Origin: Octopus vulgaris | Lineage: Eukaryota | NCBI GenBank assembly: GCA_951406725.2 | Contig: OX597832.1 | Coordinates: forward strand, 40,672,001-40,736,000 | Direction of reading: 5' to 3' | Length of the DNA: 64,000 bases | Part shown: piece by piece, positions 10,530 to 24,580 of the stretch | Layout: each line of letters begins with the position of its first letter | How positions within the stretch are numbered: position 1 is the stretch's first letter | Program-made: the position numbers and the translations under genes | Notes under the pieces: model-generated | The model's input: only the letters and a program-made list of their open reading frames with translations | The model's database searches: none | What the model was told of the DNA's origin: nothing

Positions 10530-10758
10530 CCCACAAGAGTAAACAAGAGAGACAGAGAAACAGGCAGAAACAAGGAAAATACCACTTGTATTTGAACACT
10601 ATACAAATATTCTTTAAAAAAAAACTTTTCTTTTAATTTTTCTAAATTTAATTATTTAATTGCTACAGTTGAAAAAGTCTCAATGACTGAAACCGGCACT
10701 GAAATATTTTTTTTAATAAAAATATCTTAGTATTTTCTACCTTGACTTTTTTTTCCAT
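10234..10758 (+). repeat. Tandem dimer (period ~296 bp), each unit with a degenerate hammerhead-like motif
   Basis: cccacaagagtaaac... at 10234 and 10530. cag ttgaaaa agtc tcaat gact gaaac cg gca ctg at 10666-10701. Confidence 0.75.
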
Positions 10759-10817
<59 letters not shown>

Positions 10818-11427
10818 CATATCTCTCTCTCTATATATATACACACATATATGCATACACGCACATATATATATGCCTTCCTTGAATGGAATATTACCTG
10901 TCATATTAGTTTCCTTTCTAATTGGGACAGAAGTAATTTAACCATGAATTAACAGTGATGATGTAATAGCAGCAAATACTCGCCGAACTGTAAATATTCA
11001 TTTCTCAATGAGAATTGGGTTACCATGGTATTCATCGTCAACAATTTCCTACATAAGGCTTGACTGAAAGATATTTTTTTTATTACGACTATTTGAAATT
11101 CGTTTTATCATCGCTACTGCTTTTCCACCACAAATTCAGTTTAAAAATATACATATGCGTGCGTGTGTGTGTATATTCGTGTAGCTGGAGAAATCTAATT
11201 TACATTGTCTTGTGTTATCGCTTGTTTCAGTAATTTGCGATAATAATATACAAAGAAAAGAAAGAAAAAAAAGAAAGACGTCTTGAGTTTAAATCAACAT
11301 TTACTTGTGTTATATACTCTATGAACTCTGACACGCAAGTTATAGATACAACCTTTGACCTCGGTCTCAGCAAGAGAAGCGGTGTGAAGGGGTAGGAGGA
11401 GAAGACGGGCTGCGAAGGAGGAGCAAG

Positions 11428-11610
11428 ATGGCGACTAGCAGTTGCAGTCAGTGGAGGGGAGCTGGGCCGGAGGAGAGCAGGGACAAGGAATTTATGCAAG
11501 GTGATGGTGGCCCAACTCAAGACGAGTATTCCTCTGACAGCGACATAGACACAGAACCCGCAAAAGCTTTCCATCGTCGGATATCGACCAACAAAGAAAT
11601 TAAAACTACG
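11428..11610 (+). CDS. DGKH: Type II diacylglycerol kinase (DGK eta/delta-like), coding exon 1 (61 aa)
   Basis: Context caagATGg. Encodes MATSS...EYSSDSDIDTEPAKAFHRRISTNKEIKTT, resembling the SSDSE...RKVSTSGQIRTK N-terminal motif of vertebrate DGKH/DGKD (from memory). Ends in phase 0 at a canonical ACG|GTGAGT donor (11611). Lies in a CpG-rich, nearly SINE-free region. Probably co-orthologous to vertebrate DGK delta/eta/kappa. Confidence 0.88.
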
Positions 11611-11675
11611 GTGAGTTGACCCGCCTCTCTCTCTCTCTCTCGCTTCATCTCCATCTCTCTTAGCCTTTCACTCGT

Positions 11676-11711
<36 letters not shown>

Positions 11712-12389
11712 CTTTCTCTCTATCTGTCTCTAATGATGTGACATACAACATCACCATCACCATCAACACTATCGTTCTATCTCCACATCGATAAACATTC
11801 TACAGGGATGAGCTTTTTCTCTAATTTTTTTTGCCCTGTCTGATTTCTAAACCCCTAATATCCACTTTAGATTTGTACCTGTCCATTCTTTACTTTATTT
11901 TACCGATGCACCCGCCTGAATTCCACCCTCAGTCCGTATCTGAGTCGCACCACTAACCCATTCCACACGTACAACCGCACATACACCTACCTACTTACAC
12001 ACTACACACAGAGTCACATAGTATTTCATTCTTCTCTAAAAATCAAGATCTGTTTTGGCTATGGGACGTCCTCTCTTCTACGCGTTTAATCCCAGGTGGA
12101 AAGGCGATGGGAAGCGAGCACCATCGCTAATCCACATTTCCAAGACAGTTCTCAGTCTTCCTAATCCAGCCCATGAACACTGGAAATGTCCATCCGTCAT
12201 CCGCCGCCGCTGCTAGACTTGTCAATAATCAAATCTATATTACATTATTCAACCAACTGGCCAGCCATTAGCACCAAACGGCTTTTAGATTCACGTTTAA
12301 CCATTTATATATATCTCCAAACCATTTTCTTTCTTATGTATTTACAATTTTTACTAATATTGTGAACACGGGGACACGCACACAATATA

Positions 12390-12410
12390 CGCACACACAC
12401 ACACAATACA

Positions 12411-12444
<34 letters not shown>

Positions 12445-12511
12445 CATATATATATACATACATATATACATATATATATATATACATATATACATACATA
12501 TATACATATAT

Positions 12512-12600
<89 letters not shown>

Positions 12601-12672
12601 TGTATATATGTATATATATATATATGTATGTGTGTATGTATATATGTATATGTATATGTGTGTGTGTATATA
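12390..12672. repeat. (TACA)n/(TA)n microsatellite
   Basis: Direct reading. Confidence 0.95.
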
Positions 12673-13121
12673 GTGGAATGTTGTCACTTCCTGGCGTAGT
12701 CATCGGAAAGCCGGTCTATATTCTTCGTGCAGTGTTTGTGATTTTATTTCCACACCGGGATCGACCCCTTTGTATTCTTCCATAGTGGCTTTAATGTGTG
12801 TGTAAACACACAGTATTCGGGCCGATGTATTTTACTGGACCTTCTCTTTAACAAAACATTGCCCGTGTATCTTGCTAAAAAAAAAAAAGGGAACCATCTA
12901 TCATTATTGTGTTGTCTTTATATAAGTGTTTGTGTGTAGCTATTTTTCGCTTAATTAAGCGTATCTCATGTATTTATTGTGTTGTGCTTGAGTGTTCAAA
13001 AGCAGCCAAATATCCAAATATCTTGTTTTGAAAAGGGTCCTCCCCCATCCAGAGACTTACACCGAAATTATGAGGCTGTATATTATTTCCTCATTACAAT
13101 AATTCGTTGAGAAAACACACG

Positions 13122-13858
<737 letters not shown>

Positions 13859-15374
13859 CACACGCAACATACACATAGGTGATTGACTGATTTTTGGACG
13901 GGTGTGGTTCGATGTGGTTGTCACACACCACTCGTACGCGTATGTATGTACAGTTTGAAAACTTTATTTATACACGTTTTTATATTCTAAACTTGGTACT
14001 GGTAATAACAATATCGTCACGACGATTGTAACGATTATTATTTTAATAAAAATAATTACGGGGGAAAAAGACACTGTTGTTAATACGAAGTGGTGGCCAT
14101 CCCCACTGAGTGACTTCTGGCTATTGGGATTGTCTCCACTCCAAGTTTTTTCAGTACATTTTTCAGTCTTGGAAAATAAGAGTTCTAGATGTGTATTTCT
14201 GTATGTATGTGTTTGACATAGTGTGTGTGTGTGTGTATGTAAGAGTTTGTTTGATAATCTTCGCCCGCCCTCTTGCTCACTTGACACTATCCCCTATATT
14301 ATAGAGAGGAAAACTAAGTGGATTGTATTTTATTTTATTTATCAGGCTTCCGAAAATAGGTCCATAAACAAAAGTAAAGTAATTTGGTTCGTGAGGGAAA
14401 AACAACAGTCCCAAAGCATACGCAAAAAACGATCACGGAATAAAGATATCCGTACAAACTTTTTACACGCAATTAGCCACACACAGGTTTAAGCAATTAG
14501 CCAGACACACACACACACGCACTGAGATGGATGGATGTAGGGATGTACTCCTCGTAGATGGACCCGCACTCGGATGTATACAGACCTACACACGCGAAAT
14601 AAACCACAATGTAGACATAGGCACAGACTTAATATAATGTGTAAATAAATCAGTAAATACATTTCCTCCCCCCCGCCAACACCAATCTTCCCCCTCCACC
14701 ACCTCCTTAGGCTCTCTTCTATTTCTTTTTCCGTCTTCGTCGTCTTACAAACATTTCTAATTTCTTCTACAAGCACTTCACTGTGTTATTGTATGCGTGT
14801 CCACCGCTTCCTGGTCTATTTTTTCCCCCCACTTTTCCCCCAACCGACCGACAAACTCGCAATACCCCCTCCTCTCGTACCTGCATAAACACATTTGATA
14901 ACTCAATAAATAGATTCCGAACTCAAAACCGCCAATCTTTATAATTTCTTTTAACGAAGTTGATTCATTCGTTTTCGATGTATGTAACACTTTATAGTTC
15001 CATAAGCTCGTGTGTAAACATGCTCAGAGAAGACGATCTGTGAGTCGGTGGTCGCCAATGGAAGTTTAAAGTAGGGAAATTAGATATGTTGTGGGTACCG
15101 GATAAGAAATAACATCAGGTCACCAAGATTCTCGATAGTAACGTTTTGTAAGTTTCTTGTATGTGTCTGGTCGTATCTGTTGTTATATATATATATAAAT
15201 TTAGAAAATGGAAAGATTTAATGAATATAAATTTATTAATTGAGATTGCCTAAAATTGTCTCAATTTATACTCAATACAAATAAAAAAAAAATTATATAA
15301 TGAAATAAGTTTGCATTTTGAAGACCTTGCGTGAAATATTTCCAGGGCAAAGGACATTAAAAAGTTTACATGTT

Positions 15375-15388
15375 CATTATATATATAT

Positions 15389-15443
<55 letters not shown>

Positions 15444-15668
15444 TATATTATATTATATATTTTATATTTATATATTATATATATATTTTATATTTATATA
15501 TTATATTATATATATATTTTATATTAATATATTATATTATATATATATTTTATATATATTATGCATATATATATTTTATATTATATATATATATATATTA
15601 TATTATACATATATATATTTTATATATATATTTTATATTATATATATATATATTATATTATACATATA

Positions 15669-15715
<47 letters not shown>

Positions 15716-15866
15716 TTTATATATATTATATATATATATATTATATATATTATACATATATATATTTTATATTTTATATATATTATATATATATATATTA
15801 TATATATTATACATATATATATATTATATTATATATATATATATTATATATATTTTATATATATAA
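15375..15866. repeat. Degenerate (TA)n low-complexity tract
   Basis: Direct reading. Confidence 0.95.
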
Positions 15867-16912
15867 TTTTTTTTTCTGTATTTGCAGCTCAGAGCTGCTG
15901 CCATGCTTATGCACCGCCGTTTTGCTACACTGTTATTACTGAGAGCCTCCTCTTGGTGAAGAATAGAGTTTGATATAGCTACCCTTATTTGCACCTCTTG
16001 CCTTGATGTAGGTTCATCTGGGATTCTCGACAGGAAGAGGTCCAGCTTTGATTTAAATACGCCTACATCTACTTTGTGCAGGTTCCTCAGGCTCTTTGGG
16101 AGGATATTAAAAAGCTTTGGGCCCTTGAAACCCAGGCTGTTGTAGTAACTAGTCCTGAAGCGCGATGGCATTGCTGGGATCTTTGGCACTATGCAGTGTC
16201 GTCCTATTCTGGCATTGGTGTAGCTTTCAATGCCAAAATTTGGCACAATTCCTTCCAGGATCTTCCAGATGTATGTTACTGCATACCTCTTCCGCTTTCT
16301 CTCCAGGGTGTAGAGTCTTAGCTGTTTCGGCCTTTCCCAGTAGCTGAGCAGTTGCAAAGGGACTATCTTCTTTGTGAATCTTCTCTGGATTGCTTCAAGG
16401 TCTGCTGTTAATTTCACACTGGTGGGTGACCATAGCTGTGAGCAGTAATCCAGGCGGCTGAGGATGAATGTCCTCCAGAGGATCATCATGATTTCCTTAT
16501 CTCTGGTTCTGAATGTTCTCAGGATCCAGCCAGCCAGTCGTCTGCACTTTGTTGCCATCCTGGTAATGTGCATTTGGAAAGAGGTATCATCACTCGTGTC
16601 GATACCCAGGTCCCTCACTGATTTAGGCTCTGGGATTGAAATTCCCTGTGGACCAGTGTACCCTGTAAGTTTCATATTCAGTTTTGGACATTGGTAGCAC
16701 AGGGCTTGGAATTTTTCAGCATTAAACTGCATATTATTATCCTCAGCCCATCTGTAAATTGAGTTCAACTCCTGCTGCAGGTGTGCAACATCGTTGAGGT
16801 TCTGTATTTTCTGCAAGACTTTCGTGTCGTCTGTGTAGCCAGCAAGGGTGGCTATCTGGGCAGTTGATGGCATATCTAAGAGGGCCACTATAAAAAGCAG
16901 TGGTTCCAAGAC
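15867..16912 (-). mobile_element. 5'-truncated CR1-group LINE, RT C-terminal half plus 3' tail
   Basis: EPLLFIV...YTDDTKV (YADD-like), W...NNMQFNAEKF, VRDLGI, SRLDYCSQLWSP, YWER..QLRLYTLERKR.RY. The frame is still open over ~340 codons. Confidence 0.92.
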
Positions 16913-16923
16913 AGTTATATACA

Positions 16924-16954
<31 letters not shown>

Positions 16955-17679
16955 TGGATAATAAAATGAATGGTTTGTGTGGTGGTCTGGAGTCAGTTAA
17001 CTCCATCATAGCTTCGATACAGCTATGTTCCAGCATTGACCAGAATGTGTCTAGGAGTACATTATCTAATCTATTAGTTGGTTCTCTATTGTATATCCAT
17101 CTCCATGCTGTGACGACAGATTACTGCTGTTGTTTTCAAGTTTTTGATCTGAGAAGAAAGAAGTATCCTGGTTGTGAAAATTACTTTCTTTTGTTGTCAT
17201 TTCTCTTTCTGGCAACTCCTTGTTTATAGTTTTCTTTGTCTTCTTCTCTGTCTGTCTGTCTCTCTCTCTCTCTTTCACACACATACACACCTTACTACAC
17301 AGTGGCTTAGCCAGCCAGGACATATATATATATATGTGTGTTCTGGCTACATAAATTATCAGCTATTTATCTTTCTAGTCTGTTGTCACTCCTTATCGGT
17401 CATCTGTCCTGGATGTAATCAGAAGTGTGCAACAATGGTCTGTGACTCCTTCCTCTGCCTGTAATATTGTTTGCATCATTCCAATGTTCAAAACCATTAT
17501 TCTTTAAAAATAAGTACCAGTGGTATATTGAAAATCACTTCAATTAAACTCTATGTAATTATTTATTTGTGGGTTTTGTGTCAAAGTTTGGCATCCTCGT
17601 TATCATTGGAGTTTTGGACTAAGTGGTTGAGAACTGGATTAGATGTAAAGCAGTGGACTAAACTGTAAAGCATTGGACA

Positions 17680-17850
17680 ATCATCATCATCATCATCATC
17701 GTTTAATGTCCGCTTTCCATGCTAGCATTGGTTGGACGATTTTGACTGAGGGCTGGCGAACCAGATGGCCACACCAGGCTCCAATCTTGATCTGGTGTAG
17801 TTTCTACTGCTGGATGCCCTTCCTAATGCCAAACCACTCTGAGAGTGTAT
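17680..17850 (-). mobile_element. SINE family C, (GAT)n-tailed and RTE-related, 3' fragment
   Basis: catcatcgtttaatgtccgctttccatgctagc...gctggatgcccttcctaatgccaa. Family recurs at 19752, 20390, 29037, 31757, 47643 and 56220. Confidence 0.75.
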
Positions 17851-19076
17851 AGATAATCAAGCTAAGTTCTGAGTTCAGGATATTTTCTGAGTTGAAACCC
17901 TACAGATGTGGACTTTGTATTTTGTGTCTTTCTGGGATCAGTAACATGAGTACTTTGTGTCTGTTTTAGAAATTATTACTATTAAATGACAGAAACAGAG
18001 TGGTAGACTAATGTTTTGTTTTTGTTTACATGTCTTGTAGAACATTGCCTCAATAAGCCTCATCCAATTCAAGCCAACATTGTGGTAAAAAATGGATGTA
18101 AGAACAATGATGATAACATAATCATCATTTAATGTTCATTTTGCCATGCTCGCATGGGTTGGATGGTTTGGTAGGACCTAGTGAGCTTTGGGGCTGTGCC
18201 AAGTGCCAGTATCAGCTTTGACATGGTTTTTTATGACTTGATGCCTTTCCTCATGCTAACCACATTGTAGTGTGTATTGGGAGCTTTTTTTTTCATGTCA
18301 CTGGCTCTATTCAGGTTATCTAGTGACTTGCAAGAATGAGAAAGAAGAAAAAAGCAGGGAAAGCTCATGTTGCTGTGTGTGTGAGAGAGGTAACTTAAGC
18401 CAGGTGTTGAAAGGCTGAAGTATGATAGAAAAACAGGTCTCTTGCTCTAGAGGAAGATACGTGGCTATCCCATATTATATAGGGATGGGAGTAGTTGAGA
18501 AGGAAGAGTAGTTGACATCGCATATGAATTCTCAGCCACGGCTCTAACCAGATCCCATTACCTTACAACATTCATCTACACTTTCATTACAGCACAGTCA
18601 CTTTTATGCTTTATTGTTTACCTTTTCAATTATCCTCCTTACCTGCAACTATCCTACATATCCAACCACCATAAAATTACTTACCACACTCGGTCTCTTT
18701 CATTGATTCTGTGTTTTCTTTCTTGATATGTCAAAAACTACTAAAGCTAGGAAATTAACCAATGTTGACTAAGAAATTTTATTTATTTATATTTTTTTAA
18801 TTTGCTTGTTTTTTTTTTTATAGCAATATTATTTTTTAATAGGAAGAATAAATTCCAGCTCTATACAATCTCTTTCATATGTTGGCAAGCTGTAGGTTAT
18901 GCATAAAATAAAATTAGTTTTAAGAAAAACATCAACTGAAAAGGAAATAGATTACAGATACACACGTGTATTGGCAGCACACCCTTGTTTCAGATATTGG
19001 TGGCCTATGATAGTTACTTTTGTAAAGAAAAAAACCCCCAATAAAATGCAGTCCATATATGTAGATATAATAGTAA

Positions 19077-19423
19077 TCTCTATATATATATATGAACGGC
19101 AAAATGTCTGTTTGTGTGTGTGTGTGTGTCCTTTATACAAATCCACAGTTTTTCAGTTAGAGGGCTCGCACTTTCTATGGTCATTCAAAACCGTCCAAGG
19201 GTGGTTGTGCACATCTTTACATTTCCCCCAGTCACCCCGCAAAGCCATTTTTAAAAAATCAATAGAAGTGACTTTTTTGTGAATTTTCTATCCAAAACCC
19301 AATCAAAATGCTCGAAACTTGATACGCCAAGTGAATGCTAGCTAGCTGTATGTGATTGGCCGGATATTTGGACAATACTCGCGTGTATGTGCGCATGCAT
19401 GCAGCTGTATATGTATGCACTAG
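19077..19423 (+). mobile_element. Non-autonomous Helitron-like element
   Basis: a|TCtctatatatata...gtctgtttgtgtgtg 5' end and CTAG|t 3' end. No clear 3' hairpin. Confidence 0.55.
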
Positions 19424-20009
19424 TAGAAAATAAACTGGTTCCAAATTTTGGCACAAAGTCAGCAAGTTTGGTCGAAGGGGTAAGTTAATTACATCAACTC
19501 CAGTGTTCAACTGGTATTTATTTTATCGACACTGAAAGGATGACAGGTAAAGTCAACCTTGGTGGAATTTGAACTCAGTTTGTAAAGACAGATGAAATGC
19601 CGCTAAGCATTTTACCTGTCGTGCTAATGATTCTGCCAGCTCACCACCTTGAATAATAGAAAATACATTGAAATGCTGACCACATCATTGTCATCATTTG
19701 CATGTCTGCTTTCCACCCAGTAAATATTTTAAGTGACATCTATATATATAGTAGGAAGGGCATCCAGCTGTAGAAACTCTGCCATATCAAGATTGGAGCC
19801 TGGTGCAGCCATCTGGTTCGCCAGCCCTCAGTCAAAATCGTCCAACCCATGCTAGCATGGAAAGTGGATGTTAAACGACGATGATGATGATAGTAAAATT
19901 AAAAAAAGTTTCTTATAAATTAGTTTGGAGTATGTAATTTTTACTACAGAAAAACAATTGCTAAAGTCTACACTCTCTGATATCTGAAATGGAATATGTA
20001 TATGTATAT

Positions 20010-20543
20010 CTGAGGGAACCTGTGGAAGAGGTAGACCCAGGAAGACATGGAACAAGGTGGTGAAATATTGATCTTTGGTTTGTTGAGTCTCACAGAGGCG
20101 ATGACAAGTGACCAAGACTTCTGGCGATTTGTTAAGCTTGAGAAGACATTTCCAGCTAAGTGAAATCATAGTCGTGGCCAGTGTTGGTGACATGTAAAAA
20201 GCACCTGTGCCGGTGACATATAAGAGGTACCTGTGCCAGTGGAATGTAAAATGTCAGTGATACATAAGACACCCACGCTGGTCACATGTAAAGGGCACCC
20301 ATGCTGGTGGTACATGGAAGGCACCCATGCTGATGACATATAAAAGGGCATTCATGCTAGTGATACATAAAAGACACCCAGTACGCTCTGTAAAGCGGTT
20401 GGCTTTAGGAAGGGCATCCAGCCATAGAAATCAAAAACAGACGACTGGAGCTTGGTGCAGTTCTCTGGCTTATTAGCTCAGGTCAAACTGGCTGAGCCAT
20501 ATCAGCATGGAAAATGGGCATTAAATGATGATGATGATGATGA
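20010..20543 (+). mobile_element. RTE 3' fragment running into SINE-C-like sequence with short internal repeats
   Basis: EGTCGRGRPRKTWNKVV motif, repeated ...ggtgacatgtaaaa.gcacc units, (GAT)n tail. Confidence 0.65.
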
Positions 20544-20830
20544 CATAAATATATATTATTTTTTCTGTTAATAATACCATTATCCTTTCTTATACAATCA
20601 CAATATCTTACAATGTCTCACGGATTGTGTGAAAAATATACTTTTTCCCCCGTTGTCTCAATCACACTATTTCTCCTTGTTAGCAGTAATTTCATTTAGG
20701 TCAACCCACTCCCTGTTTATGAGTAAATAATCATAATTTTTGAAAGACAACCAAGGATTTGAAACTACATCGTTGTATTAGTGTTCATAGTGTTGTTTAC
20801 AATTTCTAAAGGGGCTGCAAATATAATATA

Positions 20831-21220
20831 CTAGCAGTATCGCCCGGCGTTGCTCGGGTTTGTAAGGGAAATAACTATATAAGCATTTTTAGAGATGTAA
20901 AGTATAATAGCAATCTCAATATGGCTAACCACAAAGTGGGGGGGTGTTACTGTAGCTTTTTACGTTCTGAGATTTAATAATAAATTTTTAGAGAGTTACT
21001 TCCCTTATATATGCCAAAAATGCATTAAAAATGGGAAAAATTGATGGTAAATTTTTTTTTAAATCGTAGACTCATCGTAGATGCGCGCTAATACCCAGAA
21101 GGGCTCGATATGAATCACGACTATAAGATACCCGGTTTTGGTTAAACTGCACCGCAAAATGTGGGAGTAAGGAATCTAAATCGTAGGAGACAGACACAAC
21201 CTTACTTTTATATATAAAGA
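20831..21220 (-). mobile_element. Non-autonomous Helitron (390 bp)
   Basis: Reverse strand a|TCtttatatataaaag ... cccgagcaacgccggg cgatactgCTAG|t gives TC/CTAG ends, a subterminal GC hairpin, an A|T target and no TSD. Confidence 0.88.
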
Positions 21221-21826
21221 TATATTCTTTTGCTTTTTACGCGCTTCAGTCATTAAATTGCAGCCATGCTGGGGCACCACTTGGAAGTGTTTAGTTGAAC
21301 TGCTTGACCCCAATACTTAATTTATTTTTAAACCAGGCACTTATTCTACTGCAAGTTTCTTCGTGACTTTGCTGGTGCTGGTGCCATGTGAAAAGGCATC
21401 CAGTCCACTCTGTAAAGTGGTTGGCATTTGGAAAGGCATTCAAATGTAAAACTCATGTCAAAGCAGACCTCAACAGTGTTGATACCACATAAAAAGCACC
21501 CTGTCCGCTCTGTAAAGTGGTTGGCATTAGGAAGGGCATCCGGCCATAAAAAAAACCCATGCCAAAACAGACCTCACGGGTGCTGGTGCCATGTAAAAAG
21601 CACCCAGTCCACTCTGTAAAGTGGTTGGCAAAGTCTATTATATGTATATCTATGTGTATTTATTTTTGTTTGTTTTTGTTCACAACAACCACTTGACAAG
21701 TGGTGTTGGTTTGTTTATGTCCCTGTAACTTAGCAGTTTGGCAAAAGAGTCTAATAGAATAAGTATACCAAAATTAAAAGAAAAAATAAATACTGGGCTT
21801 GATTTGTTTGACGAAACACTCCAAGG

Positions 21827-21863
<37 letters not shown>

Positions 21864-22443
21864 ACATATACATACACACACATGTTGAAAAGAAAACATT
21901 TTCTTTAGGTGAATTAAAAAAATAATATCTTAAAATTTAAAATTTGGTTTGGAAATACCAAGGTGTGGACCATATATTGCCCCTCTCATTTTGGCAACAA
22001 TAAATCCTACAAACACTTAACATATATGTGTGTGTGTATGTGTGTGTGTATCTATGTGTATATATATATATGTATACATATATGTGTGTATATATATATA
22101 TATGAGTGTGTGTATATATATATATATATACTTGCCAAGGGCTCAAAGCTATATTCAGGAGTTAGTAGGAAAGAAGCCACATATTGCATTCACATACTCA
22201 TGTACATCAAAGCCACACCTTGCCAGACATATATCACCCCACCACTACATCACACCACACCAAAATGCTATTGTTCTGTATCCTGTTTTGAACTAAAAAA
22301 AATGAGAGTAAAGTTTTATTGCAATCTAGAAAAATCTTTTGACAGCTAAAGTAGGATGTAAATAACCTGTGTGATTGTTTTCTTTGTTACAAGTTGTGAA
22401 AGGATTTCCAGATAACTAGTTTCTCTTACTGGATGTTTGACTA

Positions 22444-22912
22444 CTCTCTTTTACTCTTTTACTTGTTTCAGTCATTTGACTGCGGCCATGCTGGAGCACA
22501 TCTCTCTCTCTTTTCTCTTTTACTCTTTTACATGTTTCAGTCATTTGACTGCAACCATGCTGGAGCACCGCCTTTAGTCGAGCAAATCGACCCCGGGACT
22601 TATTCTTTGTAAGCCCAGTACTTATTCTATCGGTCTCTTTGCCAAACCGCTAAGTGACGGGGACGTAAACACACCAGCATCGGTTGTCAAGCAATGCTAG
22701 GGGGACAAACACACACACATACACATATATGTATATATATACATATATACGACAGGTTTCTTTCAGTTTCCGTCTACCAAATCCACTCATAAGGCATTGG
22801 TCGGCCCGGGGCTATAGCAGAAGACACTTGCCCAAGATGCCACGCAGTGGGACTGAACCCGGAACCATGTGGTTGGTTAGCAAGCTACTTACCACACAGC
22901 CACTCCTGTGCC
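22444..22912 (-). mobile_element. SINE family A with a duplicated tail
   Basis: Full head and body. Tail segment present twice (22444-22500 and 22515-22570). Confidence 0.9.
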
Positions 22913-23101
22913 TAGTCGCAAAACAAAAAGAAAATAGTCATTCAATTGTTTCTTCCAAGATGGCTTAAGCTCTATTAGGTAAGACACTCAGAAAATAGGA
23001 GAGAGTTTGAAGCTGGTAACACCCTCCCCACCAAAAAAAATGAGTTCCCTCCAAAACTGATAGTTAAAAGTTATTAAGAGGAATTGAAACTTTTGTGTCC
23101 C

Positions 23102-23860
23102 AGGTGCAGGTTTGGCTGTGTGATAAGGAGCTTGCTTTACAGCCACATGGTTCTGGGTTCAGTCTCACTGCATGGCACTTTGGGCAAGTGTCTTCTACCA
23201 AAGCCTCGGGCTGACCAAAGCCTTGTGAATGGATTTGTTAGATGAAAACTGAAAGAAACTCATGTATATATATATATATATATATTCAAAATGTGACCGC
23301 GTGTGTACCATTGGCGATTATTTTTTCATCTGTCTTCCCTTCTCTGGATCTTTCCTTCTCCTATGTTTCCGACGAAGAGCTCCGCTTGAAACGTTAAACC
23401 CTCCTTCTTTCCTGAGCATCCAATAATACTATATTTGTTCCACGTCCTCGCGTTGTTGTGTTTTTTTGTGCTTTCATGTTTGGATTAACATTAACTAACT
23501 ATTTATATATATATATATGCACACATGTATATATATATATATATGTATGTATATATATATATATGTATATAGTACAAAGTAAGATTGGGGTTATGAGGGT
23601 AACCCACTATGGGATATAGATACCCATGTGTGTGTCTTTGTGCCTGGTGTTTGTCCCCACCGCCACTTGACAACCAGTGTTGGTATGTTTATGTCCCTGT
23701 AACTTAGCGGTTTGGCAAGAGAGAATGATAGAATAAGTACTAGGCTTAAAAAAAAGAAGTCCTGGGGATTGATTTGTTTGACTAAAAAAGAAAAAAACCC
23801 TTCGAGATGGTGCTCCAGCATGGCCACAGTCAAATGACCGAAACAAGTAAAAGGTAAAAG
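23102..23860 (+). mobile_element. Older SINE family A copy interrupted in its (TA)n spacer by Penelope-like fragments
   Basis: Head 23102-23260, insert ~23285-23620, tail 23625-23860. Confidence 0.75.
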
Positions 23861-24184
23861 ATAAAGCAAAGGCGTTGATTGTAGGGTTGAAAGGGGGACC
23901 GGGACAGTTAGCTGAAAAGTTTGGTAACGGTACCCTGTCGGTACTTCAGTGCTATAGTGGAGTTCACCTAGCTTCAATTTGGATACTACAGAGTGGTATG
24001 CAATGACTGACTCTTCACATTTAAGTGTTTTATTAGCTTCAAGTACTGATTTAAATCTTCCTGTGAGACCCAAAGAAAGCAAAAACAAACAACACTTGAG
24101 CATTCCTCTCTCTTTGAATGACATAAAAACACGACCAGTCGGTAGGATTATAAGAGGATTACATACTAATCAAATGGCATGACA

Positions 24185-24580
24185 GGCCTGATGACTAATC
24201 AATGAGATTACAGTACAATTACAGATTATTAAAGATTAATTGATGAAGTTACAAGAAGACTAAAGACTTATCAATAAAGTTCATGATAACTCAATTCTAT
24301 TTGAGAGGATTACCGGGTGGTTAAAAACTAATCAGTAGTATTACAGTGGACTAAAGACTAATGAATAATATTACAGGAGGACTAAAGACTAATGAATAAT
24401 ATTACAGGAGGACTAAAGACTAATGAATAATATTACAAGAAGACTAAAGACTTATCAATAAAGTTCATGATAACTCAATTCTGTTTGAGAGGATTACCGG
24501 GTGGTTAAAAACTAATCAGTAATATTACAGTGGACTAAAGACTAATGAATAATGTTGCAGGAGGACTAAAGACTTATTGA
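24185..24580. repeat. 31-bp minisatellite with a 184-bp higher-order duplication
   Basis: Unit gactaaagactaatgaataatattacaggag. Block tcaataaagttcatgataactc...ggattaccgggtgg occurs at 24271 and 24455. Confidence 0.9.

Noticed and set aside
15824-16924. 366-aa ORF as a nested host gene
   Set aside because: It is a 5'-truncated LINE RT. The start and stop come from flanking (TA)n and the catalytic motif reads YTDD.
23591-24124. 177-aa ORF on the - strand
   Set aside because: C-terminal half is antisense SINE A and there is no recognisable domain.
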